Shown here: in pieces, positions 9,650 through 21,165 of the stretch
Layout: each line of letters opens with the position of its first letter
Numbering within the stretch: position 1 is the first letter of the stretch
Assembly (NCBI GenBank): GCA_011109175.1
Contig: RDEW01000035.1
Coordinates: 579,179-643,178, forward strand
Source: Dicyema japonicum
Taxonomy: Eukaryota; Animalia; Dicyemida
DNA length: 64,000 nt
Reading direction: 5' to 3'
The notes under the pieces: generated by a model
What the model saw: only the letters and a program-made list of their open reading frames with translations
Told to the model about the DNA's origin: nothing
The model's database searches: none
Position numbers and translations under genes: made by a program

Positions 9650-11886
9650 TTGCTTATCTCTTCTGTCCCTCCTCTTCCTCTTTGGCTCCAGGGAGATTGA
9701 ATTGTTAGCGTGCGTAATATGGTTCACCATCTCTGCTATATATAATCCTAAATTATATCCAAAAAGGACCATTAGTCAACAACCATCAAGAGGAGTTCCC
9801 CTTGGGCGGCACTTCCTTCAATTCGGAGCATGCGAAGACTGCGACGAATTTCAGTAACACTTGAATACCCCCGAGTAAAGAAATTCGATGTCTCAAACAT
9901 ACCACCAGAATACGCAATGGAAGTTAAGCACAATATTGGATAACTGGATTTGAACGGAAGGATACCTGATGAATTATGGAATGATGTGCAGTTGGTTATC
10001 AGGAACGCTGCAATAAAACATGTCAAATACAAAACGCCGGCCAAGTACTCTGAGTGGCTCTCTGTCAACACCCTAAACATTGCTGAGGCTCGTAAAGCTG
10101 CTAAAGTCTGTGTGAATATAGACGAGACAAGAAAACTTAACTCTGAATTCAAAATGGCTGCCAGGAAGGATAAAGAAAACTACTGGAAGTTACGCTGCAA
10201 AAAATGGAAGATGACTATAAGAGAGGTCACACTAGGGATGCGTATTTACAACTAAAAAGATTACGAACCCCCATTACGAAAATGATCAAGGACAAGGATG
10301 GTGTAGAATTGCTAGCCAACAGAACATCCGAAATCGTTGGAGACAATATACGGAACGGCTATATTTAGAAACTGTGTGCCCACCCATATATGTTGATGAA
10401 GCAACGTTGGGTGAGGGGCATAAAATCCTTGAGGAGGAATGCGTGTGGGCTACACGGCAATTAACGGGGAACAAGGCACCGGGATTGACAACATCTCAAG
10501 CGAATTGTTGAAGGCTATACCGGTGACAGCTATCACCAGTCTATGTCAAAAAATTTGGGAAACTGGTATTTGGCCACGCGAGTGGAAAAGATCTATATTC
10601 CAATACCGAAAAAAGGGAATAGAAAGGACTGTTCAAACTATCGTACAATAGCCTTAATTCCCCACGTCAGCAAAATACTTCTAAAGATAATACAACATCG
10701 TCTAATGCCAAATGCCGAAATGATTCTACCGGATGTCCAAGCAGGATTCAGGAAGGGACGAGGCACACGTGACCATATAGCAAATGTCCGGTGGATTGTG
10801 GAGAAAGCCCATGAATCCCAAAAGAATGTATACATGTGCTTCATTGACTATCGGAAAGCTTTTTTATACATGACAAGCTGTGGTCCGCTTTAAAAAATTT
10901 GGATTCGATACCCATCTGATATTACTTATCAAATCTCTTTATGAGGATCAAGAAGCTATTGTTAGAACAGTGTGTGGAGATACCGATTGGTTCAAAATTT
11001 GTAAAGGAGTAAGACAAGGATGCATATTATCTCCTATTCAATATTTATGCCGAAATGATCATGACTAAATCGGATACTGTATCAAATAACGGGATTAAAA
11101 TTGGAGGTAGGAACATCAATAATTTGTGCTATGCTGACGATACAACCTTACTGGCTCAGGGAGTTGATCCTAAGATTCAGAGAAGGGAGCACCGTCTTTG
11201 ATTTATTGCTAAATATCAAGAAGACCAAAATTATGACTACTGCTAATAATGGAACTAAAAATTGGGAATGAGAAAATAGAGAGTTGCGATAATGTTGTCT
11301 TTCTGGGATGTCTAATTAATCGGAATGCTGACGGAGGCTTAGAAATCAAGAGGCGAATTGCCATGGGACGAGACACCTTCCAGAGAATGAATAGAATTTG
11401 GAAAAGCAAAGATATTTGCTTAAGGACCAAATGCAGACTGGTTAATGCAATCGTGTTCCCGTTTTTTCTATACGGCGCAGAATCATGGATACTGAAAAAG
11501 GCGGGTAGACGAAAAATTGATGCTTTTGAGCTGTGGTGCTAGAGGAGGTTACTAAGAATCCTGGACTTCCAAAATAACAAACATAGATGTACTCAAACAA
11601 GTGGAGACGGACATTTCGCTAAAAGGAAGAATTGTAAAACACAGATTGGCGTTCTTTTGGCATGTTGTACGCTCTGATTCACTGGAGAGAACAATTATGC
11701 TGAGCAATATTACTGTGAAGAGAAGATCTGGTCGACCGAGGACTCGGTGGCTATCCATGGTGGAAAACGTTACGGGAATGCCTATATCAAGGCTACTCCA
11801 AATTGCGACGGATCGTGGAGAGTGGAGGAAACTCGTTCATGAGATCTCCAGGGGTCGGACACGACTTAATTGGATAACATAACATA
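9650..11886 (+). mobile_element. RTE-clade (BovB-like) LINE, 5'-truncated and frameshifted
   Basis: IPIPKKGNRKDCSNYRTIALIPHVSKILLKII, QAGFRKGRGTRDHI, GVRQGCILSP, YADD (~11130), EIKRRIAMGRDTF, RRKIDAFELWC; short (AACAT)n tail at ~11876-11886. Confidence 0.93.
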
Positions 11887-12269
11887 ATTAGTAAGTTATT
11901 CTCAGCCAAATCTGACCCCGGGAGCCATAAAGTTCTCAGTCTCAATTGCCTGGTCTTCGTAGTTTCTTCAAAGAGAGTAACGAACCAGGATAGAAAAATC
12001 CCCTAAAGAAGGTTAATAGTAGATGAACCTTAAATTAGCTATGTACTTCGAAGTATCAAGGACTAATCTGGAAGAAGGAACTGTGTAGTTAACATTATTA
12101 ATAAAATACTAAAATTTATTTAGGTTTTCAAATTTTTAACTTATTTGAAAAAATTTATACATTTTTAGTGGAAAATATAATATTTTAATTAATTTTTTAT
12201 CATTATTTAAAATTTTATTATAATTTTTTTGAAAACGATTACAGACGTTTCATCCAAAAAGATCTTATT

Positions 12270-12600
12270 TACTTGCGTGGCGTCATGCGGTTCACCTGTT
12301 GTTGTGGCGACGCTCGGTGCAAGTTCTGCATGGAAGAGAACCGTTCGACATTCCATCCTTATACGAACTTCAGAAGGTGGGCTAAGAAGGGGGAAATATT
12401 CCTTACAACCTAGTCTAAGGAAACTCATCCCGGATCTACCTCCGAAAGCTTTTAAAGAAAGAAGTACGTTTTCAAACAATTCGCAGTCGAGACATAGAAA
12501 ATGCTCGAAAAATTCTCCCTGACTTCTTGCAATCCATTGCCTCCCACACGTGCGGCATCTGACAGATGATCCTCTAAGCTCTTTCAATTTTGTGCTCTAC
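12270..12600 (-). mobile_element. Probable retroelement remnant with a PHD-like zinc-finger trace
   Basis: ORF 12207..12587 contains SVRCRTCGRQWI...HFLCLDC and overlaps the repeated GTGGCGTCATG core at 12277-12298. Confidence 0.35.
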
Positions 12601-13269
12601 TTTGTTTGAACCAGAATATTTCAAGTGTCTTTTGCTCAGAACTTAGGTTTCTGATGTCTCCTGATTACTCACCCATGTTCAAGTGAAGGAACAGAAGATT
12701 TCATTCATCATAGGGACACAGACTGATTTACCACTGTTAGACATTAGTAATTAGTAAATTGATTTTTTTACTTAACACGCAAAAAACTACAAATTTTGGT
12801 TTTCAGATAATTATTATAACCATAAGGTCTTCGAATGTTGTGCGGTACCTGACCACAGAAAACAAAAAATACTTGGGGTAACAATTTATTCATTTTGCGA
12901 AAATAGCCCAAACCACTTTATAGATGTGAAGCAAGACAGTCTATGTTGGTGATCTATCCACCAAAGATAAGCGACTGTTACCTTTCTCATTTGCTGTATA
13001 CGAGAGATCATGATTTAAAGGTCTCCTCACTGATCCATTTCCACATCGGCATAGACCTTCCTTGTTGGTCCATCCCATAAGGATAGGGAAAGTATAGCTC
13101 TCTTTCAAAGTCACCACGTGGTCGGTTAGCCACATGACAATTTCACTAACCCGATTAATAATTGTCTTGGTCCATCGCAAGGCAGATGGTCAGCTTCCCC
13201 CAATTAAATATTGCAGTGGTTTCTGAATACATTTTTTGTGATAATTGAATTTAGTTGCCATAGTTTCGA

Positions 13270-15514
13270 ATGTCAGAAATTATCGAACATTTGGAAAAAT
13301 TTCGTGATAACCGTAATTATGTTAACCAATTAAAGTGACGAAACTAAGCGGAAGGATTGAAACAGAATCAGGGTACAATACAAACTTGGTGACTTTGGTG
13401 GATATATTTCAGTTTCAACCTCAGAGCATGGAAGAGTTGGATCAAAGCAGAATGGACACATTCTCAAAATCACAGGTTTTACTAGATTTAACCAAAGTCC
13501 AACATGGAGCTCTTCCAAAAAGACGTGAAGACTCTCGTTGACGAGAATAACTCGTAGTTTATGTAAATAGGCCGAGGTTACAGGACGAACTCAAGAAGGT
13601 AATCAGCGAACAGGACTTCGAAAATTCTAGAAAGATTTATCAGACCGAACAGATCGAATTGGCACAAAAAGTATGTTTTCACTGAAAGCCCGCGTAGAAG
13701 AAAGAAATGGCCGAGGAGATGTGCGGAATAGCGATGGAGCACGTGGATCGACTTGAAAAGGAGTTAGAGGTTATTTTTGTAGGAAAATTAGTATGTGAAA
13801 GAAATCTGCGACGTCCCTGGCGTTTATCATCAACTTCAAAATGTAATCGGGCCCATTTCATTCTCAGATTCAGTTCGAGTACCGTCGTCTTGTGGAGACT
13901 CAGAACAGTTCCATGGAATCAATGCAGTGCGAGTTATAGTTTGTGGGAGTAGTAAATTTCCAAGTCGATTGCAGAAAGAGAACAAAGTTGCAGAGATCCA
14001 GATTGAGGACTATCGCCTGGCCTTGGAGAATGTGAGAACCAAAGTCAAAAATAGGGTTACTCTTCAATTATGTATCTCCCAGTGCTCCAAAATGGAGGAC
14101 ATCCACGAACTCAGGATGATCTACGATGATAAAATAGCAGAGCTCACCAAGCAAGCGGAAGATGATATGACTAAGTCAGATATACGTTTATTTCAAGAAT
14201 TGAGGAGACTGAGAACCACGTGGCAGTTCTGGAAAATGAATCTTATAAAAGCAAAGAGCGCATAGCCTTGCTCAGACAAGAAATGTATCTTGTTAAGTCT
14301 CACGTGCAGAGGATCCCTGGAAGAAGCCAAAGAGAGGCTAACAAGAGAAAATAAAAAACAAGAAGAATTACTGAACAATCTAGAAAGTAGTAAAATGAGG
14401 GTACCTCGAGTTTGCTAGCAAATAGATCCGACAAGAGTTGGTCCAGAAGGAAGAAGACCTCGACTCACTGAAAAAGCAGATCAAGGACGTAATCGAAGAG
14501 GTCAAGTCGAACTCTTTGGAGCAGGTTTGGCCACGTGTGTGAAAACTAACCAAAAGATCAAAATGGAACGAGCGAAACAGGAACAGATAGTACAAAACAC
14601 GAAAAATGATAATATACGGTTGAATCAGGTCTGGGGGACTGTTATTAAAGGAAAACACCGAGTTGAGGGCGAAATTGTTGATGGAACAGGAACATCACAG
14701 GCAAATACAGACAGAAAACGACAATGTACTGCATTTTCTGAAATTCAGGCGAGAAACGAGATGATTGGGCAAATTCAGAAGCTTTACGACTCGAAAAATT
14801 TTCAGGATAAAAAAATAAATTCTTTGACTGCACAAAAAACCAATTTATCTGACGAAAACAGGAAATTGAAGGAGAAAGTGTCAAAAATCGTGACAAAGTA
14901 GACTCTGACTTAACGTAGGGGAAACGACGAAAATAAATATCTAAATAAGCAGACAGAACTCATGACGAATCGTCTCAAACTCTTGGAGAAGGAGAATGAA
15001 CAGAACAAGAAAAACACGGACAATTTGATCGACCAAAAGAACTCTTTGCTGGAAGAAGTCAGAGAAGAACTGAAAAGTAAAAACAAGGAGTGCATATATT
15101 TGAAATCTAAGGTACCAGTTAGCTTCCACTACTTAGCTGAAATCTCTGAATGATGACTTCAAGAACCTCAAGGCTGACTCTGAGAGTCAAATCAGACTTC
15201 AGACAATCGAAAAGGAATCCATAATGGAAGAAATGAACGGTCTCTTAGAAGAACAGCGAAACAGCCACTCAAAGTGGAAAAATGAATGTGAACTGACCAT
15301 CTTTCAAAAAGATCAGGAAATCGAATCATTAATTGAGAATCACAAGAAAATGAATGGCGTCCCTTTATCGGAGTCAATCCATAAATACGAACGAGAGATT
15401 GAAGAGCGGGATGAGATCATAAAACGACACCAAACCCAATATTTGGAGTTGCAAGGTGAAGTGGCCAAATATAGACGAATTATGAAAGACTTATCTCGGA
15501 GGACTGCCAAATGA
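13270..15514 (+). CDS. Long coiled-coil protein, possibly centrosomal/ciliary (SCLT1-like is only a guess)
   Basis: ATG 13270; micro-introns from 13313, e.g. 13389-13412. Successive E/K/Q-rich heptad ORF pieces end at ...KDLSRRTAK* (15514). Confidence 0.7.
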
Positions 15515-15959
15515 TGATTTAGTAACTTTAGTCCGATGATAGAATGTAGATTGACTTACACGTGCTTGATAATTTAAGATGCATTCTACCATAATCAAAC
15601 ATTTTTGACCAGTTAGTGGTCTATTGGTGGACTGGTGACGTAGGTCTTGTGCACGAGTGAACTTAGTGTCCTCACCTCTTCAATGCGGATGTAACCTCCC
15701 GTTTCCCTTTTTGGACTCAGGGACCAATTGGTTCGAATCCCAGGGAGAACTTGGATAAGTGGGGAGGAAAAAAAATTATGATAATTCTAACCAATCTCAT
15801 AGCCTTGAAGAGGATAATCCTCGTCTAAGTCCTTCCATTTAGACTGAACGGGATTAGGAGTCTGTGACAAGTTAATTTTCATAGTCTTGAAGCATCGTTG
15901 ACTCATTATACTTCCCCACTTCAATTTTCCTCGTTACCGGACGTGGAGATTCTATTGAC

Positions 15960-16430
15960 CTCTTATTTATTTAACAACCAAAGACAACGATAATAACCAA
16001 ACTAATTATCGATCCCGATGCAATCCAACAGTGACCTCATCTTTTCCCGGTGTTCTTCCCTAGTGCCAGCGCATGATCGTACAGGACGGCTGAATAATTT
16101 TACGCTGAATAGTCTTCCCATAATCTGTAGTCTAGTCTTGTAAGGGCCTCTAGAGACGTCTGTCCGGTTCGGTGATCTCCACAAATCCAACCCTCCGTTA
16201 CTCCGAAACCGTCTTTTGCATTTCCTCGATCTTCCTCATATTCGTCCAAGATATAAACAGTCCCCACGAGAAACATGACTTGATGTACTGTCTGTACACG
16301 TTCATCAGGACCGGGTGAGTAACCCTCTCCATATTGCCAATAAACTTTTTAATAAGTTCAGTTTCTTCTCCCATTTTAATGTTTTCTACGTGTGGTGTAC
16401 ACAGAGATGCATTGACATCTGTTGAAAAAC
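15960..16430 (-). mobile_element. 3' fragment of I/Jockey-group LINE
   Basis: ORF 16002..16190 ends CAGTREEHREKMRSLLDCIGID, the same C-terminal motif as 2531..2791. Confidence 0.75.
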
Positions 16431-16440
16431 TATCTTAATT

Positions 16441-16688
16441 TTTTTAATTTATTGACCCCGGATACGTTGATAAAGAAGTTAAAGTAAACAACTAGTTAAG
16501 TGCATCCAGTTTCCACTTCTACAGAGTCCATCCGGAACAAGAATAAAAGGTAAAAGACGTCCATTACTTGCAGTTGTGGAAACCCCCCCAGTGACGCCAC
16601 TTTAGGAGGAAGGGAAATAGGAGGAACAGACAAAACAAACAGAAAACTTCAACCGATTAGCCACGTAGCACCACATAAAGCCACGCGG
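16441..16688 (-). mobile_element. Non-autonomous retroposon, shorter copy of 20841-21165
   Basis: Near-colinear with 20841-21165 (GAAGTTAAAGTAA...CCAGTTTCCACTTCTACAGA...CAGAAAACTTCAACC...CCACGCGG) with an internal deletion. Confidence 0.8.
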
Positions 16689-16889
16689 ATAAAATTCTTT
16701 ATCTTAAAGCTATAATTTAGTCAATAAATTATTTTTTCGTTTAATTTGCATTTTCAAAATATTTTAAATAAATTTGAATTTAAAAACCGTTTCATGTGTG
16801 TTTTTTATTTGTGCGGCCTTACAAATTCAGTTGGAATTAACGACCGAATATTCAAGCTCTTAAGAGAAAACCGGACATATTCAGTTAAC

Positions 16890-18001
16890 ATGAACTTTCC
16901 ATTGATCGATTCTGACTACAAATCCATTATCATGGATATGATAGGATTATATTCTTCCAGTAAATATGAAGCCGCACGTGTAACTGGTCTAATACTGCGC
17001 ACGATTGCTTGGGAAAAACTCAATTCCTGGCATTGGCAGGAAGTCCCCATCGAATGGAGAGAACAGTATTACTTTTCCAGTCTCATCCTCGTTCTTTCCC
17101 GCCTTTTCTTAACCACGACTTCAAATCGATACTCGTTGACTGTGACAAGGCCCTCCTCATGGGATATACGAGGCAATTTAACGTGGTCAGTCACTTGGCC
17201 ACGTTGATTCACGATATTGTTGTTGAAGGCCGGTCACCGGGGAATTATAAGGTACCCTGATGCTGGGAGACACTCTCTCCTTGGATTTGATCACTTAAAG
17301 AAGTTACCCAAGTTGGAAACCATGTCTATAGAAGACTTCGTCGAATACCACATGGCTGAAACTCCCTGTGTGATATCAGGAGCTTGTGCTCACTGGCCTG
17401 TATTTGGGAATAACAAGTGGACCTTGGACTATTTGATGACATGTGCAGAGTACCGGACTGTGCCTGTGGAAATTGGGAAGAATTACATGACTGATAAGGC
17501 TTGGCACCAGAAGATGATGTTGTTCGGAGATTTTGTCAGGGATTATATTTTAGGTACCCCAAGAGTAGTAGGGTACCTGGCTCAGCATTCCCTGTTGTCC
17601 CAGATCCCTCGTTTGGAAGAAGACATTGAGCCCCCTGATTACTGTTTTGTAGCCAACTGTGAATATCCTGAGATTAACAGCTGGTTTGGTCCCCGGGTAC
17701 CGTGTCCCCCCTTCACCAGGATTCAAGGAACAACTGCTATGTGCAGGTTGTGGGCTCAAAGTATGTTCAGTTGATATCTACGGAGTATAACGAGGACCTA
17801 TACAGGGACAGTAATGGACTCATAACCACCACCAGCGCGGTGGATGTGGCTAATCCTGATTATGAGGCGTTCCCTAAGTTCAGGAATGTCCGTGGCTTTG
17901 AAGTTATTCTAAATGAAGGGGATCTTCTTTATATTCCCAAAGATTACTGGCATTATATGGAGTCATTGGAGATCAGTTTCTCTTTGAGTTTTTGGTGGTG
18001 A
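16890..18001 (+). CDS. KDM8: JmjC-domain protein 5 (arginyl hydroxylase KDM8/JMJD5)
   Basis: AWEKLNSWHWQEVP, TVPVEIG, GYLAQH..L.QIP.L..DI..PDYC, INSWFGP, SPLHQD and YWHY carry the H-x-D...H Fe(II) ligands; ends SLSFWW*. 19-nt intron 17233-17251; two 1-nt frameshifts (~17110, ~17694). Confidence 0.93.
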
Positions 18002-18287
18002 TTTTTGTTTATAAATATGATCTTTCGGGTTAACCTTACGTAACGCGTGTGATTAATTTATTGGTATTTGTGGGGGTTTGTTAGTCTAAGTTGTGGTGAC
18101 AGGGATAATTTTAATAAAAAGTACTGATATCTCGGAAGTACGAAGAATGGGGAGTTAAGAAAGGCGGCTCTTTCAAAATATGGGGAACTAGTACTTGTCA
18201 ATTCTAGTTAAGAGTATACTCAAATTTTCTGCAATGGCAAACCCAAGATGGTTAGGATAAAATTAATTATTCGTGATTACTGCGTAG

Positions 18288-18589
18288 CCGGGTGGCATAG
18301 TGGTTAGGTGTCGGGCAAAGTGACTTAGGTTACGGATTCGATTCTCGCTGCTGTTCACCTGGTGAAAGGTTCCACGCATATACGATGCTAAAAAGGTTTG
18401 ACGAGTGACTCCGTTTTCAGTGGACTCTCACAGCGGAACTGGATAGTCAAAAATGACTCACACACAAGAAAGAAAATAGAAGTGAAGATCATTACTTGGT
18501 TTTACGATTAGTTAAAATTAACTTAAAGTGTGTGTCCTTCCTATGCGGAGCTATAAATATCATGAATCCGTGAAAAGGCTGTTATTATT
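18288..18589 (+). mobile_element. Full-length tRNA-derived SINE
   Basis: A-box-like TGGCATAGTGG, B-box-like GGATTCGATTC, (TTA)n tail; 12-bp TSD ATTACTGCGTAG at 18276-18287 and 18590-18601; further copies in the window. Confidence 0.9.
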
Positions 18590-18619
18590 ATTACTGCGTA
18601 GTGATCCAATGTGAAGTGA

Positions 18620-18990
18620 CAAATTCAAAGGACAACGGTAAAGCCAAACTAGCTACTCACGGGATCCTGACACGATTCAGTAGTGACCACATCTTGGTTC
18701 GACGTTCATCACTCAAGCCCACGTAAATACATATAGAGCGTAAAACTGGATGCTCATAGTTGCCCGGGTACGCTCCTCCGTTCGATGCCCATCCCAGAGA
18801 CATCTGAAAGGAGTCCTTTCCAAAGTTCATCTCTCCGTAACTTTGAATGCCCTTTTCTGGCTAAGATTAAATTAATTAAATTTTACTCCAAGATCACTGT
18901 TAGGCGAAAAAAACAAACTGATCTCGACAAATTAGATCCAAACTCTCAGCTTGGCTCGATGGTCCTCCCTTGAACCTACATAAACACTAA
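18620..18990 (-). mobile_element. Two short 3' fragments of the I/Jockey-group LINE
   Basis: VGSREDHRAKLRVWI near 18935-18980 and 3'-UTR-like CCAAACTAGCTA at ~18645. Confidence 0.55.
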
Positions 18991-18999
18991 TTAAGTTCT

Positions 19000-19860
19000 C
19001 CCTGCTTACATTAATTACTAGATCCTCCTTGCGTGGTTTTACAATTTCCCAACTGTAGAATGGTAGACCCTCCACGAATATCTAAAAAGGAACTCGATTG
19101 GGGTGTTCTTTTGTTAAGACCGATCGATGTTCCCCTGCTTGAGCAGTCACATCTCCCAATTGGTTTCCTGGTTTTTTGGAGAATTTAGAAATCCGTGGCA
19201 ATGGTTCCACGTGGACTCTATGAAGGAGAATGAGAAGGGGGATTGTAATAGTGTAGGATGCAAACGTGTGGCTCTTCGCCTGATTGAATTTAGTCTATTG
19301 AGTTTGGAAAAGGATATCGCAAATCTCCACGAGGGACATGGATATTCAATTCTTGGAACGGTGACATAACTATAAATCTGGATATGGAGTCCACAGGGGG
19401 AAGAGGCTATTCTTATTATTTGCCTTGAATGCAATCAACTTCCAAACTCCTTTGGTAAGACTTGATCAGCGTGATGAGAGAAAGTCATTAGAAAATCGTA
19501 GGTAACTCGATAATACTATGTCGCGAGCGCTAAGAGAGTGATCCATCATTGTCAATCATCGTCAAAAATAAAAATAATCTATTACATCAAAGTTAAGTGC
19601 AAGATTAACGAGCACTAGCACTATCTTCGACTTTGACAAAATTATTAGACAATTTCTCGACAATAGTTACTGGATCCCCATACGGATGTTCAAATTTTTT
19701 TAATCGAAGAAAAGGATTCGTCCCATAATTTTTTTTGAGTACGAAGCTTTAAATAATCAAAAATAGAATACAAGATCTCCAACATCTAACTCATATTTTG
19801 ATCAATGCACTCCCATCTTCCTATTGATTCTTCTATAATATGAAGACTGCAAATTCACCC
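19000..19860 (-). mobile_element. Decayed CR1/L2-type LINE RT 3' half
   Basis: ORF 19147..19434 ...PRIEYPCPSW...KLNRLNSIRRRATRL resembles the LINE thumb/C-terminal region. Confidence 0.6.
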
Positions 19861-19886
19861 TCTCAAAGTAAAACTGGTACTCATCA

Positions 19887-20105
19887 TAATAATAATAACA
19901 GCCTTTTTCACGGAGCCGTGGTATTAGCTCCGCATAGGCAGGACACACACTTTATTTAAGTAAAGAACAGTTAATTTTAACTAATCGTAGAACCAAGGAA
20001 TGATCTTCACTTCTTTTTTCTTTTTCTTGTGTGAGTGTCCTTTCTAGACAATCCGGTTCCGCAGTGAGTATCCACTGATGACGGCGTCACTCGTCAAACC
20101 CTTTC
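19887..20105 (-). mobile_element. 5'-truncated copy of the tRNA-derived SINE
   Basis: Reverse complement matches 18390-18590, including the tail CGTGAAAAAGGCTG(TTA)n. Confidence 0.85.
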
Positions 20106-20840
20106 CTACTTATCATCTTACTAATAAATAACAATAAAAAACGTCGGAATTTTCTACAATTTCCAATTCTTCCATATTAAAACTTTTTGGATTTTCCTGA
20201 ACATCTGATTCCACAAATACCACGATACTCTTTGGAATCGGTCAGAGACAACTCGCCTAGAAATAACATGTAATAAATATATTTTTCCACACTTTAGAAG
20301 CAAAGTATAGGAATTTTCCCCCTACCCGTTAGGGGGCAAACTCTGGAACGTGCGTACATACGACCACATACCTGTTAAGGAGCGAATTCCGGAACATGGG
20401 AGCATACGACGATAATATTAAATTCCTGCTTATTCCTCCTAAAATTTTTATTGAAATTAAATAAAAACTTTTCTATACTTCCGAGTTGCTGATACATTCA
20501 GGTCTTGTTTTTCTTCAGTAGTTTTTATGGTAACTTTATTAGACATCAGGACATCTTGATGTGGGTTAGTTTTTTGATTTTATTCAGTCCTTTTCCTGCG
20601 GTTAGTGTTGGAGTCCTGGATTAATCTCCACAACAAGAAAGGTTTTATCTCGTATCTAGGGAAGGCGTCCAGATATAGTTTGATGTCCGGCCCGAGGGAA
20701 TGGTCAAGGACATTGCCATTTAGATGAAGTCCCGGTGGCGTTTTGTAAGGTATTCCATGATGGGAGACGTTTAGTTTTTTCCTTAGTAACGAAGTTGATG
20801 TCTTTTGAACGGCAACGTTCGGTAACAAGTGAGATATTAT

Positions 20841-21165
20841 TATTTATTTTTTATTTTATTAACCCGGGATACACCGAGAAAGAAGTTAAAGTAACCAACT
20901 AATTAAGTGTATCCAGTTTCCACTTCTACAGAAACAGAGTCCATCCGGAATCAGCATGAGAGGTAAGACGTCATACATGCAGTTGTGGAAACCCCTCCAG
21001 TGGAGTGGGGGAGAGCAAATGATTCTTTTTTTTGCCGGCCTGACACTGAGCGCCACCTAGACAGGTGGATCACATGACGCCACTCTAATAGGAACAGAGA
21101 GGAAACAGACAAGCAAGCAGAAAACTTCAACCAATTAACCACGCAGCACCACATGTCCACGCGGC
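20841..21165 (-). mobile_element. 325-bp non-autonomous retroposon with a LINE-like 3' tail
   Basis: 12-bp TSD GTGAGATATTAT at 20829-20840 and 21166-21177; A-rich tail; second copy at 16441-16688. Confidence 0.85.

Noticed and set aside
12941-13180. Small divergent gene upstream of the coiled-coil gene
   Set aside because: No recognisable domain and no consistent exon model could be built by eye.
15640-15752. tRNA or other Pol III RNA around GGTTCGAATCCC (15730-15741)
   Set aside because: B-box-like motif only; I could not form a cloverleaf or recognise an snRNA, 7SL or RNase P motif. tRNAscan-SE/Infernal would be needed.
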